64,000 nt of DNA from a virus, in the IMG/VR virus record IMGVR_UViG_3300028025_006304, positions 54,603-118,602 of that record, one strand, 5' to 3'. Positions 29,979 to 38,399 of the stretch are shown in pieces (position 1 is the stretch's first letter; each line of letters opens with the position of its first letter). Made by a program: the position numbers and the translations under genes. A model generated the notes under the pieces. It did not search any database and had not been told where the DNA came from. It saw nothing but the letters and a program-made list of their open reading frames with translations.

Positions 29979-30052
29979 TGGCAAGACGAGACTCGAACTC
30001 GCATGTGACCGTTACACTTTCTACAAGGTATAAGCTTGAGGTGATACTTGCC
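29979..30052 (-). ncRNA. Rearranged tRNA-like RNA with UAU loop (74 nt)
   Basis: GGCAAG/CTTGCC acceptor, CAAG-CTTATAC-CTTG arm, GTG-TAACGGT-CAC arm, T arm GCGAG-TTCGAGT-CTCGT. Confidence 0.6.
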
Positions 30053-30062
30053 AGTATTTTAG

Positions 30063-30135
30063 TGATCCGGGATGGATTCGAACCATCGACCGACAGCTTA
30101 GAAGGCTGTTGCTCTATCCACTGAGCTACCGGACC
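30063..30135 (-). tRNA. tRNA-Arg(UCU)
   Basis: ACAGC-CTTCTAA-GCTGT; canonical cloverleaf. Confidence 0.92.
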
Positions 30136-30207
30136 ATATTTTAAGGGGCTACCTATCTTGCTGTCGCGAGCAGCTCATAGCCGGAAACCTTAGTCTCCCC
30201 TTTTTTG

Positions 30208-30293
30208 TAGCTGAGGCGGGAATCGAACCCGCACGACCGTTGCTGGTCAACAGATTTTAAGTCTGTCATGTCTACCTATTTCATCACTCAGCC
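30208..30293 (-). tRNA. tRNA-Leu(UAA)
   Basis: ACAGA-CTTAAAA-TCTGT; long variable arm. Confidence 0.92.
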
Positions 30294-30337
30294 CTCTTGT
30301 ACTATAAATATACTACACAAATTTTGCATCTCCAAAT

Positions 30338-30841
30338 TTATAGATAGTTCTGTCCAAATTTAGTTACAATTTCCTTTGCCTCATCGATTGACAGATCAAA
30401 AAACTCTCGGTTACCAGCAATTCGTTGCCCATCCAGATGACGGTGAACCTCTTTCTCCAACTGCTCGGCATTATAGCAATGGAAGGCCCACTCAACTTTA
30501 AACGGAAGAGGAATACCTGTTGATCGTGAGAGTTGCTCTGCTCGAATCTCGGGGGTTAGATCGGTAAATCCAATTTTTACATAACCCGGCATGGTAGGAT
30601 TTGACAAAACATACACCCACGAATCAAGATCAGAGGTACGATTAGCATATTTATTACGCTTTCTTCCGGTAAAATACGTAACTATATCCCACCCATCTTC
30701 ACCTTCAGTGAGTGTATAATAGGGGCAACGGTTAACCGAAATTCCCGTGTAATCTTCCACTAGAGGAATGTATTGCTTTGCTTCCTCGGGTGTAATCCGT
30801 TTAATAGGATCACGATTTGGTCGAATATTATAGTAAGGCAT
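30338..30841 (-). CDS. T5orf172/MUG113-type GIY-YIG domain protein
   Basis: WVYVLSNPTMPGYVKIGFT...RAEQL...EKEVH...NREFF. Confidence 0.8.
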   Translation of the reverse strand: MPYYNIRPNRDPIKRITPEEAKQYIPLVEDYTGISVNRCPYYTLTEGEDGWDIVTYFTGRKRNKYANRTSDLDSWVYVLSNPTMPGYVKIGFTDLTPEIRAEQLSRSTGIPLPFKVEWAFHCYNAEQLEKEVHRHLDGQRIAGNREFFDLSIDEAKEIVTKFGQNYL

Positions 30842-31097
30842 TCCACAAAAGTTTAAAAATCACATACAAAGTCATCGAGGCATACAAATTAAACCCAAAA
30901 GTAAGCAACTCATCTCTCCAATCAATTTTTCCCACATTGCGATTTGCCCAGATTCGAGACAAAACGTTTACCATCAATACAGTCAGCATAACCCTTTATT
31001 TTCAATTATGGGTAAATATACAAAGAAAAGGTTGGGAAGGCAAGCCTCAACTCGAAAGTTTCCTTGCTATTACTTAATATCACAATATCCGTATATA

Positions 31098-31316
31098 CTA
31101 CCCTATCCATTCCCACATCCCAATTACAGTAAGAGAAACGCCTAAAAACACCTCAATATGTTGAACATCCCAACTAAAAATAATATTGGATAAAAACAAA
31201 CTTAATGTAATGGTAGCACATCTAATGATTGCTACCTTATCCGGTTTAAATACGGTAATTAAACCCTTAATAAACGCGAATAACAATAAAGCTACTACAA
31301 CAGCAATTGCCCACAT
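31098..31316 (-). CDS. Small membrane protein
   Basis: Three hydrophobic segments; TATTTATA motif at 31328-31335. Confidence 0.55.
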   Translation of the reverse strand: MWAIAVVVALLLFAFIKGLITVFKPDKVAIIRCATITLSLFLSNIIFSWDVQHIEVFLGVSLTVIGMWEWIG

Positions 31317-31345
31317 AACATTGTTTTTATAAATAAATTACAAGT

Positions 31346-31367
31346 AAAAACCCCAATAGGGTTTTTT
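31346..31367 (-). terminator. Intrinsic terminator hairpin
   Basis: AAAAACCC-caata-GGGTTTTT inverted repeat directly after the DUF932 stop. Confidence 0.6.
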
Positions 31368-32158
31368 CACGCGTATTGAAGCGCTAGTTTATACAAGTCG
31401 CTATTCAGGGCGATGTCCTGTTGGAAGTTTTTAATACGCCGTGCTTTACGCGTTTTTGAGGCGCTACGGTAATCGAACATACCGTTAACAAGCTTTTCTT
31501 GCACTAAATTAAACACGCTCCACAAATCATTCCCACTGTCTTGTTTGCGGGTTGGGGTAAGGAAATCTTGTACGTTAAAAGTTTTGTTTTCGGTATCGAA
31601 ACGTAATCCTAGTGCCTCCAGTGCGAACTGTTGTTTTTGATCCTCGGATAATTGCTTAGATTTAAATTGATTCATAGACTCAACCGTTAATGGGAGTTTT
31701 TCTACCATCTCGGTAATGAGGTGCTGAAGCGCCTCAAAATCGTATCCCATATGTCGGATCTTCATTTTGCCGAATTGCTCATCTGCTATTACTAATCCGT
31801 TTGAACAGACGAGACGGAAAAGACCGGCCTGGAAAGTGAATGCATTTTTACCATCGTGGCTGTTAGTTAAGAGAATTCTGGGAAAAACAGTATCTCCATC
31901 CGCTCCTTCAATCACGATCTCGGGGTTAGCGAACACAAGCATGTGTTTTTGGAAACCTTGGTTTTTACGTGATTTGATCTCTTTTGCATCTACTACGTTC
32001 CAACCCAACGCGGACATATCATCCAAAACTCGTTCGGTTGGGATATGTGAGTACTTCTCGGATACCGTACTTGATCCGTGTTTTGTGAATACGCTGGGGG
32101 CTACTTGTTTAACTTGCTCCTTGCTGATTGTCTCGATGGTGCTCAAATTTGCTAGCAT
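31367..32158 (-). CDS. DUF932/DUF945 family protein
   Basis: SEKYSHIPT, ILLTNSHDG, FQAGLFRLVCSNGL, DLWSVFNLVQE. Confidence 0.85.
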   Translation of the reverse strand: MLANLSTIETISKEQVKQVAPSVFTKHGSSTVSEKYSHIPTERVLDDMSALGWNVVDAKEIKSRKNQGFQKHMLVFANPEIVIEGADGDTVFPRILLTNSHDGKNAFTFQAGLFRLVCSNGLVIADEQFGKMKIRHMGYDFEALQHLITEMVEKLPLTVESMNQFKSKQLSEDQKQQFALEALGLRFDTENKTFNVQDFLTPTRKQDSGNDLWSVFNLVQEKLVNGMFDYRSASKTRKARRIKNFQQDIALNSDLYKLALQYA

Positions 32159-32400
32159 AACTGTTTTTCCTTTGTTGTTATTATTTTATTAACACCTAAA
32201 TATACGTATATACCTTCGGGTAGCCAAATCTTTTTGTGATCTTCTTTTTGTGGATCGCGAATTTTTTGTCGGAAGGGGTTATTTGGAAGCACTAATCCCA
32301 TTAGGGATTATTTGGAAAATGTGGGATATAAGTATATACTAGTCGGGGGGTAAAGGTTTTAGAGGTTTCAATCATTCACCTAAATGCGCACCCATACCCC

Positions 32401-32470
32401 GCCGCCGTCGATGGACGGTAACGCGCGTGGGACCATCGATATACATGAGGTACCGCGGACGGTACGGCGA
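32401..32470. other. GC-rich branched inverted-repeat element
   Basis: TCGATGG/CCATCGA, GTACCG/CGGTAC and CGCC/GGCG pairings in non-coding DNA. Confidence 0.55.
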
Positions 32471-32477
32471 GAATCCC

Positions 32478-32747
32478 TTAGGATTCCCACACCATCATTG
32501 TTCCTGGATCCTGCCATTCGAAATACCAGCCGCTGTCTTCCACCATAGTGTTTAGTTTTGGGTTTACACCGAATGTATCACCCCATTCTTCACTCCAGTA
32601 ATCAAATAGGGATGGAGTTGATTCAGCCGAGATCCAGATACCATTGTTTTCGTTTTTGGTACTGTAGAACTCGTCTGTGGTTCCACACACATGAACACCC
32701 TTTGCTTTAAGGGCCGTCATCATTGCTTTAATTCCTTTTGTTTTCAT
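32478..32747 (-). CDS. Early hypothetical protein
   Basis: Cassette start GGTTATG; YFEWQDPGT. Confidence 0.65.
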   Translation of the reverse strand: MKTKGIKAMMTALKAKGVHVCGTTDEFYSTKNENNGIWISAESTPSLFDYWSEEWGDTFGVNPKLNTMVEDSGWYFEWQDPGTMMVWES

Positions 32748-32781
32748 AACCATTTATTTGATTGAATATATGAACAAAATC

Positions 32782-32955
32782 TCAAAGAGCAAAATATTCT
32801 TCCAAAAAGTTTTGTGCAACTTTAAATTTGATACTGAGATATTTTTTAATCTCAACCTCTGAGTATCCCTCTTCTACCAATTCAATGATAGCCCCCTGTA
32901 AGTTGATGTGAAGTTTAGAAACATCATCCATCTGCTTAATTTTCAAATCTGTCAT
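32782..32955 (-). CDS. Early hypothetical protein (57 aa), not in the ORF track
   Basis: MTDLKIKQMDD...EEYFAL after a cassette start. Confidence 0.55.
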   Translation of the reverse strand: MTDLKIKQMDDVSKLHINLQGAIIELVEEGYSEVEIKKYLSIKFKVAQNFLEEYFAL

Positions 32956-33013
32956 AACCGTTGTTTGTTTTTAATTATACCTAAATATACGAACTATATT
33001 TTGGGTAACCGAA

Positions 33014-33238
33014 TCAATCGGTTATGAACTCAACATTAATCAACTCATCAATACCAAACTCAATTCCAAATTCACGCAATTGAAGCGATGTCCAGTTCGG
33101 GTGGAACATACTACGCTTACCATCATCTTGTGTTTTAATGACTTTAATGAACTCTTGCTGCCACAATTTAAGAGCATCAACTAAAATATGCTCAGTCATA
33201 GGTGTGAGCTTACCTGATTTATATTTCTTCTTTGTCAT
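33014..33238 (-). CDS. Early hypothetical protein
   Basis: Cassette start. Confidence 0.6.
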   Translation of the reverse strand: MTKKKYKSGKLTPMTEHILVDALKLWQQEFIKVIKTQDDGKRSMFHPNWTSLQLREFGIEFGIDELINVEFITD

Positions 33239-33285
33239 AACCGTTTTTATTTTTTATTATACCTAAATATACGAACTGGATTTAA

Positions 33286-33528
33286 TTAAACCAATTCCAT
33301 TACTTCTGTTAATCCCATCTCCTCCAATTCGTCCTTAGTTTCGATATCTTCACCAAACACCAATTCGATATCAGCATCTTCTAGTATCAAACAGATATCT
33401 TTTCCCATAACACGGCCCATCAATTGGATTTCATTTGCATTAAGCTGCTCAGTAAATACTTCTTCTACTTCACCTGTTTCATAATTCCAAGTGAATCCAA
33501 ATACATTATCTTTTAACTTTACATTCAT
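33286..33528 (-). CDS. Early acidic protein, paralogue of 33849-34121
   Basis: MNVKLKDNVFGF; cassette start. Confidence 0.65.
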   Translation of the reverse strand: MNVKLKDNVFGFTWNYETGEVEEVFTEQLNANEIQLMGRVMGKDICLILEDADIELVFGEDIETKDELEEMGLTEVMELV

Positions 33529-33586
33529 AACCTTTATTTTTTATTATACCTAAATATACGAACAGATATTTGATAAATCTATTCCT

Positions 33587-33805
33587 TTATTGAGCTTTAT
33601 TAATTAATTTAATCAAAGTTTCAGGAGTTTCAACTATTGAAAATCCTCCATTATTATGAGTTGTAACTCCTACTCTAGTATGTTCTACTTCATCAACACT
33701 ACCATAACTCATTTTTTCAGGGACTCTAAAAAAATGCCCTATTTGTTCAGCATTTAAATATACAGGTTTTTTATCTTTAAGACTTGTAACTTTAATAATT
33801 TTCAT
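33587..33805 (-). CDS. Early hypothetical protein
   Basis: Cassette start; VYLNAEQI...VETPETL small phage-protein pattern. Confidence 0.65.
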   Translation of the reverse strand: MKIIKVTSLKDKKPVYLNAEQIGHFFRVPEKMSYGSVDEVEHTRVGVTTHNNGGFSIVETPETLIKLINKAQ

Positions 33806-33848
33806 AACCTTTGTTTTTTTATTTTTTATTATACGTGAATATACGAAC

Positions 33849-34121
33849 TTATTTTACGTACTCTACTACCTTATTCAAACCTTCAACATCACACTCTAAA
33901 CTATTCTCATCAAACTCAAACACTTCATTCACTGAGTTAATATCAGTAAACAAACAATCATATTCATTGTCCATACCTAAAGCTTCACACAACACACCTT
34001 TTCGACTTTCCAATGCCTTGATTTCATTTTCATTCAATTTCCATGTAAATACATTCTTCACTTCACCAAATTGTGAATCGTAAATAAAACCGTAAACGTT
34101 GTCTTTGAATTTTACTTTCAT
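33849..34121 (-). CDS. Early acidic protein, paralogue of 33286-33528
   Basis: MKVKFKDNVYGF; cassette start. Confidence 0.65.
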   Translation of the reverse strand: MKVKFKDNVYGFIYDSQFGEVKNVFTWKLNENEIKALESRKGVLCEALGMDNEYDCLFTDINSVNEVFEFDENSLECDVEGLNKVVEYVK

Positions 34122-34171
34122 AACCTTTGTTTTTATTATTTCTTATTATACGTGAATATACGAACAGGAAA

Positions 34172-34193
34172 GGCGAGAGCAAATGCCCTCGCC
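34172..34193 (-). terminator. Stem-loop between genes, overlapping the next promoter
   Basis: GGCGAGGGC-ATTT-GCTCTCGCC followed by TTTCC on the minus strand. Confidence 0.5.
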
Positions 34194-34222
34194 AATCCCC
34201 AACGGTTATGAAGCGTTATATT

Positions 34223-34426
34223 TTAAAACTGGGTACTCACTTCGCTGTAAGCATCCCAAAACTCATCCATAAACTCATCTACAAATTCGCTGCTCATAAC
34301 TGTACCTTCGCTATCGGTTACTTGGTACTCACAGTACGAATTAGATTCTGTAACATGTAATGTATATTCTTTTTCGTTGTGGGTAACATTGTAAGTGTCT
34401 GTACGTTCAATTAGTTCTGCTTTCAT
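34223..34426 (-). CDS. Early acidic hypothetical protein
   Basis: Coupled to the upstream ORF by a 1-nt overlap. Confidence 0.6.
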   Translation of the reverse strand: MKAELIERTDTYNVTHNEKEYTLHVTESNSYCEYQVTDSEGTVMSSEFVDEFMDEFWDAYSEVSTQF

Positions 34427-35184
34427 TATCCAACTCGTTTTACCAATCGTTCTACTTTCTGTTCGTTTGTCATTTTTGCTTCTTCAACATCATATACTTT
34501 GAAGATACGTTTTTCTCCTTTGTAATCCACTTCAAACATGATAGATGAGTCATTTGCAAACTTGACTACGATTACTTCTTTACTGTAGCTGTTTCTATAG
34601 TTACCATTACTAATCCATTCATCTCTTTTTTCAACACTTGTTGCTGTAGGGAACTCGTGATTGAGTTGAGAAATTGCTACATTGAAGTTTAGATCTTTTA
34701 CAATGAGAGAACTCAGTTTCTCTTTTGCTGCTACATTTTTATTATCAATCTTATCTAAAATCGTTCGAGGTTTTACTGCACGAGAACTACCTACAATTTG
34801 GTAACTCTCAATTTTTTTATCTGAGGTAATACCGAATGATACACTGTGTTTTTTAATAACTAGCTCACCATTTTCTTGTGTTACAATATCGTACAACAAG
34901 TACACACCACCAGACCAAGTATTTACTGTAATCTCAGTTTCGAATCGTTCGTCACCGTAACCTAGTCTAACATCTCTTGTTACAGTTTCTGTTTTAAGTG
35001 TGTTTTCGAAATGGTAACCCAAATGAAATCCATTCTCTAGTAAGAATTTTACATCACGTTCTGCACGGATTATTTGGAGTTGAGTATCTCGCTCGCTTCG
35101 TTCAATGTATTCTTGAACCATTTTTTCTTGTTCGACTGTAAACATTTCAAGTTCCAGTTCTAATTGTTGTCCTTCTGTCTTCAT
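34426..35184 (-). CDS. Early hypothetical protein
   Basis: 252 aa; cassette start. Confidence 0.7.
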   Translation of the reverse strand: MKTEGQQLELELEMFTVEQEKMVQEYIERSERDTQLQIIRAERDVKFLLENGFHLGYHFENTLKTETVTRDVRLGYGDERFETEITVNTWSGGVYLLYDIVTQENGELVIKKHSVSFGITSDKKIESYQIVGSSRAVKPRTILDKIDNKNVAAKEKLSSLIVKDLNFNVAISQLNHEFPTATSVEKRDEWISNGNYRNSYSKEVIVVKFANDSSIMFEVDYKGEKRIFKVYDVEEAKMTNEQKVERLVKRVG

Positions 35185-35230
35185 AACCTTTTATTTGCTG
35201 GAATATACGAACTAAATTTTAATTAGCCAA

Positions 35231-35572
35231 CTATCGACCCATTTCTTTTTCCCATTCTTCATCGTCGATAAACATTCCGGGATTGTCCAACTCCTTCAAA
35301 TGCTCCATTGCTTCCTTTTCTGTATCGAAAAATTCCTCGTTACCCGTTTCAAAGTCAATAGTTGCAAATTGTACATCATTTTGAGGAGTCAATACAATAC
35401 CCAAACCAATGTTTTCAAATGCAATGTAGTAGTAACCTGTAAATGTATTGTAACCAAAATGTAGTGGCTCATCTGAACACAAACTGCTCTCAGAGTAAGC
35501 ATTCATCAAAGTAGCTAATGCTCGCGCATCATAAAAACTTACTGTCTCGTAACCTGTAAAAATGTCCTTCAT
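35231..35572 (-). CDS. Early acidic hypothetical protein
   Basis: Cassette start. Confidence 0.65.
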   Translation of the reverse strand: MKDIFTGYETVSFYDARALATLMNAYSESSLCSDEPLHFGYNTFTGYYYIAFENIGLGIVLTPQNDVQFATIDFETGNEEFFDTEKEAMEHLKELDNPGMFIDDEEWEKEMGR

Positions 35573-35612
35573 AACCTTAATTTCTTATTTGATTAAATAT
35601 ACGAACAATCTT

Positions 35613-35807
35613 TTAAACAACCAAACGGTACCCGTTAATCGCCAACAGGGCTCCGTTCGTAGCGATCGTAGCTGGATCCTGGATTAGCAACCCATGGGCG
35701 AGAAACGCTACGCATCCCAGCGCGTTTATAATTCGAAGCGTCTTAATTTTTTTAGTGAGAAAGGACCCGATTACGAGTCCCATCCCTACAAATCCTAGTA
35801 TACCCAT
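35613..35807 (-). CDS. Small membrane protein, YgjV-like
   Basis: LRIINALGCVAFLAHGLLIQD...NGALLAIN; visibly GC-richer than the flanks. Confidence 0.6.
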   Translation of the reverse strand: MGILGFVGMGLVIGSFLTKKIKTLRIINALGCVAFLAHGLLIQDPATIATNGALLAINGYRLVV

Positions 35808-35810
35808 TTC

Positions 35811-36308
35811 TTACTTAGTCTTTTGGATAGCTTTAACCAACAAAACTTGTAAAAAGTTCTCAATATCTTCTTGATCAAAATTCTCTTCACGTAAATCGTA
35901 CGTAAGATTCTTTACAACAGAATTAAAAATATTCTCATCAGCAATTCTGATCAATCCGTCCATTCTTTCAAACGGATCTTCTTCAATTTCATCTTCAATT
36001 TCAAATTCAAGATTTTTTAACTCAATAATGTAACGAGGGTACTCATAACCTTGTGTATCAACTAAGTAATTTTTACCTCCAATAAATAGAATATGGAATT
36101 GTTGTTCACCATCTAATTCAACTCCCATCAAATCAATTCCTGAACCAAAAACCTGAATAGGAAAAGTATTAATTACTTGTCGAGTTTCTTTATCTAAACT
36201 TTTAAAATCTACTGATTCGTAAATCTCATATACAAAATTTACCTTACGATGGTAATCAAAACGAATCAACTGATCGTAAATGTCTTCTTTAATTTCCTTT
36301 GCTTTCAT
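35811..36308 (-). CDS. Early acidic hypothetical protein
   Basis: Cassette start; YLVDTQGYEYPRY. Confidence 0.7.
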   Translation of the reverse strand: MKAKEIKEDIYDQLIRFDYHRKVNFVYEIYESVDFKSLDKETRQVINTFPIQVFGSGIDLMGVELDGEQQFHILFIGGKNYLVDTQGYEYPRYIIELKNLEFEIEDEIEEDPFERMDGLIRIADENIFNSVVKNLTYDLREENFDQEDIENFLQVLLVKAIQKTK

Positions 36309-36574
36309 AACCTTTTATTTTTTAATTATACCTGAATATACGAACAATTTTTTGTATTTACTGGTCCCCCAATATCTCGTTCAATAGAACTTGAATATAG
36401 TCCTTTGCATCTTGTAGTTCAAAACCATCTTCTTCCATATCACCTACAATGTTTTCAATTGCTTCTTGCAACTCAAATATGCTTTGCTTTTTAACAATCG
36501 ATTCTGCTCTTATTAACTTATCGTATTCCATAACCATTTTTTTATTTATTATACCTAAATATACGACCTATCCT

Positions 36575-36850
36575 TTATTCAACCACTACCTTTTCTAATA
36601 CTTCACCATAAAACTCAATACCTTGATATTTTTCGTATCCGTTTTCCTTAAACGTATCAATACAAAGCTCTCGTAATTCTTTCATTGACTGAGCGTTGTT
36701 GATTTTTTCAATTGTTCCAGCTCGACCGAAATCACTACCTTCTGAAATTTCGAGCAATTCTTCATCGTCCTCATACATTTCAGCTAACACGTCAAATACT
36801 TCTTCATTAAACGATTCAATCAACACTTTTTTTACTTCTTCAATTTTCAT
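36575..36850 (-). CDS. Early highly acidic protein
   Basis: Cassette start; E/D-rich. Confidence 0.65.
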   Translation of the reverse strand: MKIEEVKKVLIESFNEEVFDVLAEMYEDDEELLEISEGSDFGRAGTIEKINNAQSMKELRELCIDTFKENGYEKYQGIEFYGEVLEKVVVE

Positions 36851-36906
36851 AACCTTTGTTTTATTATACCTAAATATACGACCTATTTTTTATTAAACCT
36901 ATTCCT

Positions 36907-37149
36907 TTAATTCAAACCAGCTACTTCTTTAAAAATATACTTCCAAAAGTCAGCTACTTCATACTCTTTTTCTAAAATCTCTTCACTATACAAGTAATCA
37001 GTAACATAGTCATCTAATTTATCTAAATCATCTATTTTGTTAACAGTTTCATTAAATTCAGTCAAATCAAAAACACTATCTTCATACATTTCACTTAAGC
37101 TTTTTACTTCTTTAATAATCAATTCTTTTACTCTATCCAACTTTTCCAT
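36907..37149 (-). CDS. Early highly acidic protein
   Basis: Cassette start; shares L(S/A)EMYED with the neighbour. Confidence 0.65.
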   Translation of the reverse strand: MEKLDRVKELIIKEVKSLSEMYEDSVFDLTEFNETVNKIDDLDKLDDYVTDYLYSEEILEKEYEVADFWKYIFKEVAGLN

Positions 37150-37212
37150 AACCATTTTTTTATTTATTATACGTGAATATACGAAAGAAAGTCTAATTAA
37201 AGACTTCCTTCA

Positions 37213-37602
37213 TTATTCTTCATCCATTCCATAATATTCATTAAACAACTTGACAACCTTTGATTTTACTTCATCTTCAAGTTCATTTTTATCTAACAAT
37301 TCCTCTAATGCTTCTAAATTTTCATATCTAAAATCACCTCTATACTGTCCAGCACCATCATCCATTAAATCATTAAATAAAGTAATTTCATTAACAAAAC
37401 CTTCTACAGTTCCACATCCAACACTACCCATACTACTTTCACTTCCTCCACTAACACTTAATCTAAACTTTACAAAGCTTTTAAACATTTCATTATCTTC
37501 CCTTTCCTGATCTGAAAGATTACTTTCTGAAATAGCTTCCAAGTCACTTAAACAATACTCTTTATAAACTTTTTCTAATTTCAATTTCAACTCTACATTC
37601 AT
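37213..37602 (-). CDS. Early acidic hypothetical protein
   Basis: Cassette start. Confidence 0.65.
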   Translation of the reverse strand: MNVELKLKLEKVYKEYCLSDLEAISESNLSDQEREDNEMFKSFVKFRLSVSGGSESSMGSVGCGTVEGFVNEITLFNDLMDDGAGQYRGDFRYENLEALEELLDKNELEDEVKSKVVKLFNEYYGMDEE

Positions 37603-38399
37603 AACCTTTGTTGTTTTTATTTCTTATTATACTTGAATATACAAAAAGAAGTTAACTATTCATCTTCCTTCTTTAGACGTTCAATCAACTTTTCTCCTTC
37701 AATAACCAATTCCTCTGCTTGTTCTAATACATTTCCGAACAAACCATCTAAAAACGTTTCCTTCACTTTCATAACCTTTTATTTGATTGAATATACGAAT
37801 AATTTATTGATTATCCAATTCCTCAATTAAATCAATATTCTCCTTAAGTAACTGGATCATTCGAATCCTATACCGTTCATCTCTTTCATTTGAAGCTTCA
37901 GATTCAATGTTCTCTAGACAGTCTAGAAGATCGTTGTAAGTGTTTTCAAATCGACAGTAACTCATGTTTGCCATAACCTTTGTTTTAATTATTTATTTAT
38001 TATACTTGAATATACGAACAGATATTTGATAAATCTATTCCTTTATTTACAAAGCCCAATATTCTTCTACAAATTCAGTTGTCTCAGAAACCAATTCCTT
38101 AAAATATAATTTGATTTCAGTATCAGAATATCCTGCTTCTACTAATTTGACCGTTGATGCTTGTAGGTGTTTTCTTAAATCATACACCCGAGACATTTGA
38201 TCAATTTTCCTTTCTGTCATAACCGTTTCTTATTTACTGGAATATACATTAAAGCCTTGATTTAACCTATTCCCTCGTTCTCCAGTTCATCGTAATAATC
38301 CATTTCCATGTTGTAAAGACTCTCGTAAAACCCATCTTCCATCGTTTCTGTTGCTTTTAATTATACCTGAATATACGATAGAGATTTTGGATAGACAAA

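Noticed and set aside
29871-29984. N-terminal extension of the YkuK ORF and ORF 28881-29078
   Set aside because: They overlap well-formed tRNA genes
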